A stretch of 64,000 bases of DNA from the human T2T-CHM13v2.0 reference genome, Homo sapiens, in assembly GCF_009914755.1 (NCBI RefSeq), contig NC_060925.1; one strand, written 5' to 3'. The notes below the pieces were generated by a model. It did no database searches, was not told the DNA's origin, and saw only the letters and a program-made list of their open reading frames with translations. A program made the translations under genes and the position numbers. Below are positions 16,042 through 29,035 of the stretch, piece by piece (positions within the stretch are counted from its first letter, which is position 1; the number at the start of each line of letters is the position of its first letter).

Positions 16042-19000
16042 AATTGGTAAATTAATAAAAAAATCAATCCTCAGATCTCTATATCTGTTAATTTCTGAAA
16101 CTTTATCCTAAAATTTTCTAAATATAAATACTATTGTCAACTTCAAAATAGTATACCCTAGTAGTATTTCAAGTGTAAGAAGGAGTTTAAAGGATACCTG
16201 TTTTCTCGATTAAGAAATGCTCCCTGTAATAACCCTTATAAATGTCATCTTTTTTCCTGTTGAAAACTAAATAGTGAGAAACTCACTCCTCATGAAGCAG
16301 CTCATTCCACTTGATAAACTGATCTTTCTTATGCCGAAAATGTATCCCACCTGTTTCCTAATGCCTAAATTTTAAGTCCCTGTTTTTTTCAGCTCTGCAA
16401 TCCTGAGTAGATAAAAGCATCACCAGCATAATCTCCGAGCACAAATTGACTCTCCTGAATCCATAAAAATAATTACTGCCTGACTATTTCTGATCTGTCT
16501 ATGTTGCCTTTCTGTAACCACAACAGAGGCTGAGTGAGCTATTTATGAACTCGAGGTGAGACTCGCTTCCTGCACTATCCCGTCGCCATGACTGCGCACT
16601 CGACAGGTTTTCTCTATATTTCCATTCATTGCCAGCCACTATCATCCGTTGGAAAAACTGAATGCATGTAAATTTGAAGAAGAATGTGAAGAAATTGAAA
16701 TTGATCTAGACAACATTTTTTTTAACTCTACCATGTGTCAGATATAGGCATAGTAGATAGGCAAAGGCATAGTTTGTGCTCTGAGCTATTTACTGGAAGA
16801 GACAGACATGTACAAAATAGAATTTTGTTTAAGTCAAAGCAGGCTTTCAGAAATAGTGTGGCAACTATAAACGAAATGAGTGCCAAAGACAAGAGCTTAA
16901 TTCTGATTGGAAGGATGAGGAAGAAAAAAGTTAATGGATTGGAGAAACTGCTGGAATTAAGTATGAATGTCAAGAGAGTAGTGATATTGATTAAAGTAGG
17001 CATCTGTAAAATCATCCAGGTAATAAATCTAATCTATTCCTATCAATTTTCATCCCAATGGAACTTCTTGCATGATTTGGTGTGTTGACTTTCTCTTCCT
17101 TCCTATTTCTCGAAATATTTCTCCATTTTGACTCCCAAGTCACTTAATTACTCTTATCTCCCACCTCTTTTTTATAATAGCCATGATTGTCAACTCCTTC
17201 AATCCCTTAGGCAAAGGAATTTTCTTCCCTAAGTGGTCTCAGTGACATCACAGTTCCTTCAAATTCTGCTCTGTTTTTGAAGTATTTCTAGAATATTTTT
17301 AATTTCTTGAGTTGTCAAGGAATTGCCATGTGCAAATTGGCTAACATAAATTAAACAATATGGACCACAAAAAACTTAACAATAGTGAGTTTAAATACCA
17401 ATGTTCTTAAATAATTTGCTATCTTTTTAAATAAATTATGAGAGACACATGTTTATCTCTACAATACCCTCACTCACTCACACTCTATGCCTTAATGAGT
17501 GAGACATAGTCTGCATATGAAGATTACACAGAACCCCTCAGCCTGCTTCATTTTGTACTGCATAATTTGCTTTATTTTCCTGAATATTTTAGGAAAGATT
17601 CATCAACACTCTGGGGATGTTGTACACATGTGTTTGGCATTTCTCACATGTACACCGTGTGGTGGCATCAATATTTCCTGCCCTCACAAAATGGATCTAA
17701 GTTGGAAGCTACAGCATTTTCCATGGCTTGCTCTTAACAGTCGTAGTCTATTGTACATAATGAGGATGCTATAAATGATTTAAGACTAAGTTAGTTTTAT
17801 TTAAGGGAGCAGATGACGCTATGACATAGTCGAAACATCTTTCATATTTAACCACCTCTTCTTTTTGGTGTTCCGTGTTGCTAAATATATTTTCTAATCC
17901 TTCCTAATTCAATTAAATGAGTTAGCTGCCACCCAATTAGTCAACTACAGTCAAAAAGTCACAAACAGTCTTTTTGGGGTCTTCTGCTCATTAATAGAGC
18001 TCACATCTACCCAAATTATTAACAGAGATAGATCTCTAATGGCCACTTTCAGATAAAATAAAAATCATACAACAAATGACAGAAAACAATCTGGAAAAAA
18101 TAATGTTCTGGAGTGGAATTAACAAATTGGGATTCAGTTCACTGCTACCAAGACACCAAAATGCCTGCTACTGTCCATGATCAGTTGTACACATGTGATT
18201 CTATCTAGCATCAATAGTTTGACAAATTGACTTTTTTTTCTGCATTTTCTCCTTTGCCTTATAGACAAAACAATTGACTCCTTTAGACCATATATAATTT
18301 AATATTTACTAATACAAATATAAAATGTGATCCTTAAAATGTTTTTAAAACAATAATTCAGTGTCAGTTACGTTTTTAAAAGTGAAGTTTTTAAAGTATT
18401 TTAATCATGATTTTAGTAGCAAAATTATTTGCTAAACAAGCAGAATTAACTCACTGCAAATAAAAATTTTAAAATTATATTTTTAATGTTGTCAGATTTG
18501 AAAAACTCACATTTTACCTGAGTAAATAAGTAATAAAGATGTCATTGTCTTTTTTTAATCATTGACAATTTTATATAGCAAAATAAGCCTCTATATGTAT
18601 ATCATAGAGATGTTTTAGTGTACTGTTTGTACTGTTTGATAATGAACACATCAATAATTTGGGTATAATAAAAAGTATAATTTTCAGAATAAAATAACTG
18701 TTTTAATCCTTCATAGATTTTCCAAAACCATGAAAAATAGCATAAATCCAATATGATGAAGTGAAACTTATTACCACAGAGTTGCTGAAGCTGAATGTAT
18801 TGTTTCTGGAAATGGATTATTACTCTGCAGCCAAATAGATTTGATATTTGTATATATCTACCCAGTATAATATGAACTGGAAATTTAGCCAATATATGGT
18901 TTATTTGATCAAGTTAGACAACTAATTTAGAAAATGAAAGGTCTTTAGTGTCCTATTTCACTCGACTGTCTCCACTGATCCTATTATGGGAGAACTGCCA

Positions 19001-20199
19001 AATCTCTACTTCATTTCGGGTGATGGAGACAGCCCTAAGAAAAATGTATGGGAGTTATTTCGTTGTGAGTTTTTAATCTTTTAAGTTTTCCACTGAAACT
19101 TGTTTCATTAAAATGGGAGAAACCTGTCAGAGAGCTGTCTCTGTAGTTTGTATTATTCCTTTAGATTTGGTGATCTGCTTTATGTACAGAACTCCCCCCA
19201 TGACGGGTTATTGTGCTTTCTAAGCCATACGCTTTTCTGGCCATGTTTTGAATTTGTGATGACATTGTTTTGGTTTAATTGACATCTAATGTATGTTTTA
19301 GATTAGTTTGATTCTCATTTAAGGTAACATTTAATAATAGTCTGAGAATTTGAAAGTTTTTCCACCACTCACATGCAGAATAGTTACTAGAGATGCCAAT
19401 TTATGCCACACAAAAAAGCTATTTATTCCTTCAGTATCTGCTAATTTGGTCTTTAAAAAAAATGAATATTTTGACTGGAGGCAGAATCCATCCTTTTCCT
19501 TAGTGAAAAGCTATTTTCAAATTTTACCTTTGATCAAATTCACAAATACTTTAAAAAAATGGATCACTTTTTGTATGGTAATGTTATTCTCAGGAGTATA
19601 AATGTGATGCTTCCTTTTGTGACATTTTCTTTGGGAGTGGGACGTTGTGGCATGGCAAATGGAACTTTCTAGGCTTTTTGACTCCTTTATACTCATTTGC
19701 TTTCTATTGTTCAAGACTGGATTTAAAACTAAACTTGTCTTTTTTGGTACTTTTTTTCCGTAGGCAAAAATTCTGGGACTTTGAGATTCCAGAAGCATAC
19801 AGGTTACGGTTAAAAGCATTTTTAGTTATAAAAAGTTTAAATATTAATAATAATTGGAATGGTTCTCAGTTTTGTAATCCTTAACTCTTGAGAGGAAAGT
19901 AAACTGGAATGCAGAGACTGATCTCAGATGATTAATTCAAGGTCACACAGGGGAGCAAGAATGGGAATTGTGTGTTCTTAAGGCTCTACTCATCTTAATG
20001 AGCCTTCTTAACAACTATGATTGATGGATTACACTTGTTAAACACTTAATATCTATAGTAAATTATCCCAGCACTTTGAATTTAGAATGGAATACAATAG
20101 ATTTTAGTCATGGGCTCTATTTTTAATAAGATTTTAAGCTGATCAGTAAAGGAAGATGCACAGATATGTTTTTCCATTTAAGAACCATAAACTAAAGAT

Positions 20200-20310
20200 T
20201 CATAGGATGCTAGACACTGTGCTGAAATTGAGGATGTGAAGATGGGTGAGACAAGGTATGACTCTTACCCTCAAAGACAGAAAAGTCTAGTTTAAGAGAC
20301 AGTCATGTGA
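20200..20310 (-). mobile_element. L2 3' fragment
   Basis: tgctagacactgtgctgaaattgaggatgtgaagatg...cttaccctcaaag. Confidence 0.5.
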
Positions 20311-21089
20311 TAAAAAATTATACTTAAAGAAACAGATAAGAGATAAGAGAAACTATGTTTAATAAGACAAAAAGTTAAAAAACACTATCTGTGAAAATAA
20401 CATATTGTCCATATTACATCAAAATGCTATTTTATCTAGATGATAAATTTACTGATGGCCGGGGCTATACCTCACAATGCTTTCACATCTTCCATAGGAT
20501 CTATAAAAGCATTATAGCGTATATAGCCGTCCTTGACATCTGCAATGGATGGTTCCAAATAACTTCAACAATTCCAAACTTGAAAATACTGTACTCTCTA
20601 GAGAACACATTTTCCACTAGAAGTTAGTTATAACAATGTCACACGTTTTCTAGCCAGTGACTCACTGTCATTCATATTCTGGTCTCCCAGATTAAAAAAA
20701 AAATCCACAACACAGAAAAAAATTCACATTTTATACACCAAATATCTCTCTTTTCATTTATGATAGTCAAAACTTGAATGCTATATTATCGAAGGTACAG
20801 ATAGGAGATGGTCAGTGAACATTTGGTAAATAAACTGAGGTACTCCACAAAAGGCCACATGTTCAGGAATGATTTCCATAATTACGAGAAAAGTATAATT
20901 GAAAGTATGAAGCACGGAGTGATGTATTTCACTGGATTAGCATTTCTGACTAGTTTAAACATTTTTCTCCAATTTATTTCACTATTAAATTCCCTGAGAT
21001 ACTAGGCACTACATCTAAAAACATTACTTACACCTCCTGCCCTACCCTCTCAGAGTACTAGAGGCCCTGCTATTCTCAGGCCTGGTAAA

Positions 21090-21270
21090 AACAGATTCAT
21101 TACCTGAACTCAAACCCAGCTTTGCCATTAGTTAACTCTGTGATCTTGGACGTGTAAAACTTAAAACTTCCTGAAATTTGTCTTCTTCTCTGAAAAATAT
21201 AGACAGTAACACAGATCTTACAGGGTCGTTTTGAAGATTCTATGAGAGAACATGAAAAGCAAGCCCATAA
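21090..21270 (+). mobile_element. MIR SINE
   Basis: Core caaacccagctttgccattagttaactctgtgatcttgga...ctgaaaaat...cagggtcgttttgaagatt. Confidence 0.7.
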
Positions 21271-21484
21271 TGGGTGGTAATTTTTTCCTAATGCTCAGGC
21301 TATAGTGATATTCAGATGAATGTACTCAAGAAGTTTAGGTGTGTTATCCAGTTTAAACTGTATTTCACAATGTTCAAAAGTCATGTTGTTGTTTTCCTTT
21401 GACACAAGGTAGGTGCTCAATAAATTGTTTTGAATGAACAAATGAATAAATGAGTGTGGACTACTAAAGAAAAATCTTCAGATT

Positions 21485-21788
21485 ACACCTGTAATCCCAG
21501 CAATTTAGGCGGCTGAGGTGGGCGGATCACTTGAGGCCAGGAGTTAAGAGAGGAGCCTGCCAACATGGTGAAACCCCGCCTCTATGAAAACATACAAAAA
21601 TTACCTGGGCATGGTGGCGCGGGCGCATAATCCCAGCTACTCAGAGGCTGAGGCAGGAGAATCGCTTTAACCCAGGAGGTGGAGGTTGCAGTGAGCCAAG
21701 ATCGTGCCACTACACTCCAGCCTGGGTGACAGAGGAAGACTCTGTCCCAGAAAAAAAAAAAAAAAGGAAATAAAAGAAAGAAAGCAAA
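21485..21788 (+). mobile_element. AluS, slightly 5'-truncated
   Basis: Starts at acacctgtaatccc (first ~18 nt absent). Both arms present, with an A-rich tail. Confidence 0.93.
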
Positions 21789-22234
21789 AAAGAAAACTCT
21801 CAACAAAGTGACCTTTGTGTTCAGTATTAACCATCATGTTATTTTCCTTCAAACTACAAGAATAACAAATAGTATTATACAGAACCTCACAAAGTTTGGA
21901 GATAAATTGGATATATGTTATCCTTCAAAATGCAACCATCAAATTCTTAAATTTGGGTGATTTTGTATCCAATCAAATTGTGATCTAGTGAAGGGCAGTA
22001 TTCTCCTCTAGAAAAGCTCATACTGTTTGATATGACACTAAAAATAGTCTCATTGCTTTGACTTTTCTTTGGAGCGTCCAATTATCCACTTAATCTTCAC
22101 CACCTTATAAAAACCAGTAAGAAAAATCAGGATTTTTTTTTTTCCTAAGTACTTACCAGAGGGCAGTAAGGTGATAGTCATCTTATAAGATTATCTTGTT
22201 AGATTACATGGTCTAAACCTAACATCAGTCCTAC

Positions 22235-22385
22235 AAACTTTAAGGATAAGAATCACAATCCCAAATTGACACATAGAGGGAAAAGATTCAGAGAAGTAAA
22301 TCTGTGCTACTTCAGGAGGCAGAACTGAGAATCGACTTCATTTGTCCACTTCCATGGCCCATATACTTAGCACCACACTTCACTG
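22235..22385 (-). mobile_element. MIR SINE
   Basis: atcccaaattgacacatagaggg...cagagaagtaaa...ggcagaactgagaatcgact. Confidence 0.55.
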
Positions 22386-24161
22386 TATTTTATAATCAAG
22401 ACAAACAAGCTGGTGGATTTCTGGTTTCCAGAAATGTTTGCTTTAGAAGGCAACCCTCTCTGTGATAGTACTGCAAGTATGGTGGCTCATTATAACTGCA
22501 CAAGGTTCTTGCTATGAACTTTACAACTTAGTGCTCTCACAGTGATAATGACTATTATCCATGATGGGGTGTTTGTTTAACTAGTTTTGTTAAAACTGAA
22601 AGGCCAAGGGTTATAATTTAATGCTGTCTATTTCTAAGACAACTGTGAGAAGAAAAAGAAAATCTGTTTCAAATACAAACCTGAATGAATTAGAAGAGAC
22701 TAAATTAAATATATTTACTACCCCATCTTGGATGAGGTCATTCCCAGAGAAATTGTTGAAAAAGAAACAATTTAATATCTAACTTCAGATGATATGCTAA
22801 TTATTTTTTCCTGTTTTTAGAGCATACTTAGGGAAGGGGAAAAAAGTTTATAAATCCTCAAGTGACCAAATAGAGGTTAGTGTTTTCAAATATTAATAGC
22901 AACTAGAAAAATATGACATCACCGTGTAGCACAGTTGATGTGCAAACTTCAGCATCACACTTAAAAAGCACAGAACTAAAATATGAACGTTTCCATGCTC
23001 TCAAACTAAGTAGTCATGTGTCTTATCTCAAAACCCAGTTACATGCAGCTTTCCGCTGTACTGATTGGGGAGGACAACAAAGCTGAAGGAATTTCCTGAA
23101 TAAGAAAGAACAAATGGCAACTGTGTTATGATACCAAGAGTGAAAAATAATTATCTTAATAGGAACTTTGATATTGTGGAAAATGAAAAAGTAGCAGGCT
23201 TGCTTTGAGCATGTTTGTGAAACTTTATTTGAATTAGTAATTTCCTGGCATTCTGCTAACATAGGTGGCATTTGCCTATACAACATTTTAAATGTCATTA
23301 CAGTGCTTCACACAAGGCATTAAACATAGAGTGCCCTCAACCCATAATTTTTAAATAAATAAAAGGATAAAAACACAAATACAGTGAACTTTTCTTATTT
23401 TCTACTAAAATTACATTTCAGACTATGTTATATGGTTCTGATAAGTTTTTTTTTTTTTTTCCCATGGGACATGTTTTGAATGTTTTGCTCTCTTTTGTGG
23501 CAGAAAAGGCCCATTTTGTTTTGTTTTGTTTTACTTCTGCAGTTTGCACATGTTGAACATCTGGATGTTACAGCATCAAAGTCAGTTGACACAGCAAGCC
23601 AATAGACACTATTTTTGCTCATAACCAAATGAGATGCATGATTGCCTTTTATCAAGCTTCTTCTTAACTCAGTGAGTAGAATTGATCTCTGATCAATAAA
23701 TAACAAATCATCTGTTTCATAAATCAGACCTGTCAAAGCAAAGCAGCTCCTCATGCTGGGTATACTCTTCTGTGTTAGCTCAGGCCTGGTAGCATCTTGT
23801 TAGTAAAAAGGGCTCCTTATACTTTTGACAGTTGTTTGGATATTCCATTTCAGCGCTGTTCTACTTTACTAGCTATGTAGACTTACTATCTTTCCTCCCC
23901 CTTTCTTCCTTCCTCTATACCTCTGAGTTGAGACTCTCATCTCATGTAAGGGGGAAAAAAAACTGAAGTGGAGAAGAAGGAAAGAGCATAAATAGGTTTT
24001 CAGTTGCCAGTTTGATTTTCTTTAACTGAAACTTTTGCTAAAATCACTATTTTTTTTTCTACTACATACAGTTTCCTACCACTGAAATTACTGACATGAA
24101 TCAAGTGGTAATAACTTGTAAATCCATCTTATAATTTTTTATTTAACTTTATTTCTCTGCA

Positions 24162-24640
24162 AATAATAACAACAGCTAACATTTATTAGTACCCTTCTTG
24201 CCAATCACTATTGGCTTTCAAAACTAAATTCATTTTTTAAAATTCTCAAAATCTTTTGAAATAGGCCGGGGCCAGTGGCTCACACCTGTAATCCCAGCAC
24301 TTTGGGAGGCCGAGGCAGGTGGATCACGAGGTCAGGGGATTGAGACCATCCTGGCTAACACGGTGAAACCCCGTCTCTACTAAAAATACAAAAAATTATC
24401 CAGGCATGGTGGCGGGTGCCTGTAATCCCAGCTACTCCGGAGGCTGAGGCAGGAGAAGGGCGAAACCCGGGAGGTGGAGCTTGCAGTGAGCCGAGATCAT
24501 GCCACTGACTCCAGCCTGGGCGACAGAGCGAGACTCCACTTAAAAGATGAGAAACAGAGATTTACTTACTTGCTCAAGTTCATGTATGTAGCAATAGAAT
24601 CCAGAAAGTCAAATTCCAGAACCAACACTCTAAATCATTG
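24162..24640 (-). mobile_element. MIR SINE split by AluY
   Basis: aataataacaacagctaacatttatt...tttgaaata lies left of the Alu; gatgagaaacagaga...acttgctcaagttcat...tccagaaccaacactct lies right of it. Confidence 0.65.
24264..24545 (+). mobile_element. AluY lacking poly(A) tail and TSD
   Basis: Full body from ggccggg to gagactccac with Y diagnostics (ggatcacgaggtc, ggctaacacggtg, ggagcttgcag). Followed only by taaaa. Confidence 0.93.
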
Positions 24641-25630
24641 TTTCTGCATATCCACTCTGTGTATCTACTTAGAAAAGTCTTCCCTCCCATCCTTTCCATT
24701 GCAAACCTAATACTTCCTCCAATGCCCAGACTATTTCTTTAAGACATGATCCCACGCATTCTAGATTCATCCAATTTCCTTAGGTCTTTACAGATATGAT
24801 ATATGCCCAACTACATCTTATTTGCTCTGGAATTGTTCCCTAGTTTATTCAGGCGTGAATCCCAACATACACTGTACATTCTTTTTGGGCAAGAACCACA
24901 TTTAACTTCTTCAGTAGCCCTGCAGCACCTGGAAGAAAGCAATTCATTACATTTATGATTAAAACGAATTTATGTGACATTTGTATTTCCTATTGCTGCT
25001 ATGAAAGGCCTTGAATAAGTAGTTTGGCTTTAGAGTATGTGATTTCTAGAATACTTAGTGTTTTTTACTCTATATGGCAGGCTTTTCAAGTATTTCTGGA
25101 CTAGAGTTATATTAATGAGTTACTAAATAAAATGATTTTAACAATATTAATTCAGTTGTTGAGAATGGAAGTTAATGAAGCACTCTACCCACATCGCTAA
25201 ATTTCTGTTATGATGAGTGTTTGATATTATTCATCATGACTGAAGATTAGCTAAGCTTTTCCCTCTTTTCCCCTCCTTTCTAGTCATGGCATACATTTTT
25301 AAGTTTCATATTCAAATATTTTAGGGATGACAGTTGCATATCTTGTTTCCCTGCTTACTTATTCTAGACCACAAGTAAAACTCCTGCAAATATTCAGAAG
25401 GAAAGACAATCATTTCTTTTTTCTCCAGGGTGACCGTCTTTTGTTTTTCTTCTGTCTATTACATCTATATTCATTTCTCATTTCATTCTTCATTTCAGTT
25501 TTCTCTAAAACCCTTTCTTATAACACTTCCTTGCCAGATTTGAATATAAGTAGTGGATTTCCTATTAGTAATATCTGTCTATATATACATATATAGATAT
25601 ATAGCTATCTATATGTGCGTATATATATAT

Positions 25631-25850
25631 TACAGTAGCGGTTAAGATCATGGACTTGAATCAGACTGCCTATTTAGCTGTGTGAATTTGAGTAAGTTGT
25701 TTAGCCTTATTTTGCTCAGTTTCCTTCCTAAAGTAAGGATTGTAATACCCACCTAATAGGATTGTAATGAGAATTAAGCAAGCTAATATTTTTAAAGCAT
25801 TTACATCAGAAGATGACACATTGTAAGTGCTATAGAACTGTTTGCTAAAT
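25631..25850 (+). mobile_element. MIR SINE
   Basis: gtagcggttaagatcatggact...tagctgtgtgaatttgagtaagtt...ctcagtttcc...gacacattgtaagtgcta. Confidence 0.8.
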
Positions 25851-27406
25851 GAATAAGCGATGTTAACTTTGTATTGAGAATTTATTCAAAGCCTTCTATG
25901 CACTTATAATCTAAGCTTCATAATACCAGTACATAATGATAATATTGCTTTATATTTATTTCATAGTAAGTGACAAAGCATAAATCTAAGAAAAGACGTA
26001 GAAAAATTTCTGATTTCTCTCACTGTTGTTCCTCCACTCCAGTACTCTTACTGCACAACTAAAACACTATGTTTTTGAGAATATGCGGCAAATCATCTTT
26101 TCTTCATAGTTTTATCCATTCTTTTACATCAAAACAAGTAGTTAAGTTTGATAAGCCTGTGTTTATTTATCTTAGTGTGTTTATTGTGTATGAATCTGGA
26201 TTCTCCCAATGTCCTATTTGAGTACAGAGCTCAGAAGGGCTTTGGGGTTAAACACTGTGTATTGGATGAACTCTGAGAGGCAGCTAATTGTACCTGGCAT
26301 ATGTTTCTTGTCTTTTTAGCTTTCTGGTTTTGGCATTATTGGGATTGTCTGTTATTTTTCTCTTGAATGTAATCCTTCTTTGGAGAACAACACAGCACAA
26401 CTATTTCCTACTACTTTATTGTATTCTTTGAACTTAATTTACTTCTTATTAAATTTGGTTTCTGCCTCATTCACTCCATTCATTGACTTCCCAAGTAATA
26501 AGTCACTTTAAGCAACATTATATTCACTGTGCTTAGATAATCAAAATCAATAGTTGTCTTTCCTAAATCATAGAAGGTTTCAGGTATTTTTTTTTTTAAT
26601 TTGGAAAACTTCAGAGTTAAAGTTGATCTCAAATAGCATTCACAGAGCAGTTCCACACAAATAACTCATGGCAGGTGCATAAATATTGGCTCTCTTCATC
26701 CAGTTCAATGTGCCAGAGCCCATTTTTCTTATCGCTTATAGTGATGCTTTTCGACTGAGCCAATTTGTTTAGCATGTCTTCATTTAGAGAGACTGAAATT
26801 TCCTCTCCCCCCCAATTGTCTGGGTCAATGTTTTTCAAAATAGAATCCTTGGCTTTTAAAAATTCACCTTATATGTATTACACATTTGTATCTACACTGA
26901 AAATTTTTAAAACACGTAAAGAACCCTAGTGAACTATAAAAGGGACATATTATTATCATATTCCAGTTGTTTCAGGATGGTACATTTAATGATTAGAAAG
27001 CCAGATTGGGAACACTTAAAAAAAAAAGTGTGAAAGTCTAGAATCTAATAAAGATGCCAGAGTTGGAATCCTGTTTGAAAAAGGCATATAATCAAACTGA
27101 GTCATTTGTTATTAGAACTAGAGGTCAAAGAAGGACAGTACAAAGATTTTTAAATTTTTCATCACTTTAAGCTTCTTTAAGGGGGTGGTATAAACCTTGT
27201 AACTTCCTTTCCTGGTACTTTAAAATTCCTTTTATATCCATATTTCTGCTTTTGCTCCTCACCACAAAGTCTCTAAGTTCACCTGATTTCTACTTTCATT
27301 ATAGAAAAATGTCAAAATATCAAAAAGTTTAAAGAATAATTTAATAAATGCTGGGATGTCAACACCAAGCTTTATGAAATTGTAATGTTTGTCATATTTT
27401 CTTCCG

Positions 27407-27821
<415 letters not shown>

Positions 27822-28889
27822 TGAATTTGTTGTACACCATTCCCATGTGTATGTTTGGACTTTTACCACACATTTGTGTAGCCATCATAAGGTATATTAT
27901 TGATTTGCATGTGCTCAAGTTAAGATAAATTGTATCATAATTACATAAATGTGTTATTTCACAAATTGAGTTTTATTATTCAACATTTTATTTGTGAAAC
28001 ATCCATTTGGATATGTGTAGCTCTAATTTGTTCATTTTAATAGCTTTCTGATATTCAATTACATTCATTTACCACAGTTTACATATTCATTTTCCTGTTG
28101 TGAGATAATTCGTTACAATTTTGACCTTTGTATACAGTGTTATAAAAAATGTTCTTAATTGTGTTTCACTGTAGAAATACAACAGTGAAGTTTTTCTAGG
28201 AGTGGGGTTATTGGGTTGAAGTATATACCTTGGTTCTCCAGTAGATTGTCAAATTCCTCACTAATACGTCTCTGTCCATTTATATGTTTATTTTCTGGCT
28301 ATGTAAGTTTGTGTTTCTTAACATCCACACCATCTTATCTTGTTATTTTCCAAGCTGGTGAATATAATATTGTCTTTTCTAAATTTGCATTATTCTAATT
28401 ACAAGAGAAGTTGACCATATCTGTGAAATGCCCTTCCTTTCATCCTTTGCTCATTTCTTGATTGGATTTGTCTTTTGCTTTTGACTTGGAGAATTACTTT
28501 ATATATTCTGGATATTATCCCTTGGCTGTTTATATAATTTGCAAATATTTTCTCCCAGGCTATACCTTTGTTTCTGGTGCATTAATAAATACAACATTTC
28601 CTCTTGTATTCATATATATCAATCTTTTCCTTTACAGCTTGTGAATGTAGTCAAATATATCCTCCCTTTTTGGCTTGTGGTTTCTGCATCCTGTTGCAAA
28701 ATCATTCTCCATTACCAGTTTTTAAAACACTCTCCTAAGTTATTCTAAAAGTCTAAAATTTTGCTTTTTGCATTTACAAATAAGTTTATTTTTCTTGTAT
28801 GGTATGTAGTACAGAAAATCAATCTCCAGAGCATTTATTTAATCATCAATGCTTTCTCCTCTGTTCCCTCCATCATATACCTAAATTTC

Positions 28890-29035
28890 ATATGTGTGTG
28901 ATTCTAGGTTCTTTTTAAAGTTCTACTGCTCTGGAACTGGGTTGACAGTAATTTCCTTATTTTGCTCAAGATTTTTATGTGCTCAAGATTTTATATGTGT
29001 GTGATTCTAGGTTCTTTTTCAAGTTCTACTTCTCT
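28890..29035. repeat. 43-bp direct duplication enclosing a 60-bp templated insert
   Basis: 28890-28932 vs 28993-29035 match at 41/43. Insert 28943-28981 matches 29693-29731 at 36/39. Confidence 0.9.

Noticed and set aside
18966-19032. Pre-miRNA-like hairpin (ctgtctcca...tggagacag)
   Set aside because: Only the outer 9 bp pair cleanly and the inner pairing is bulged. Such stems are expected by chance; small-RNA reads would be needed.
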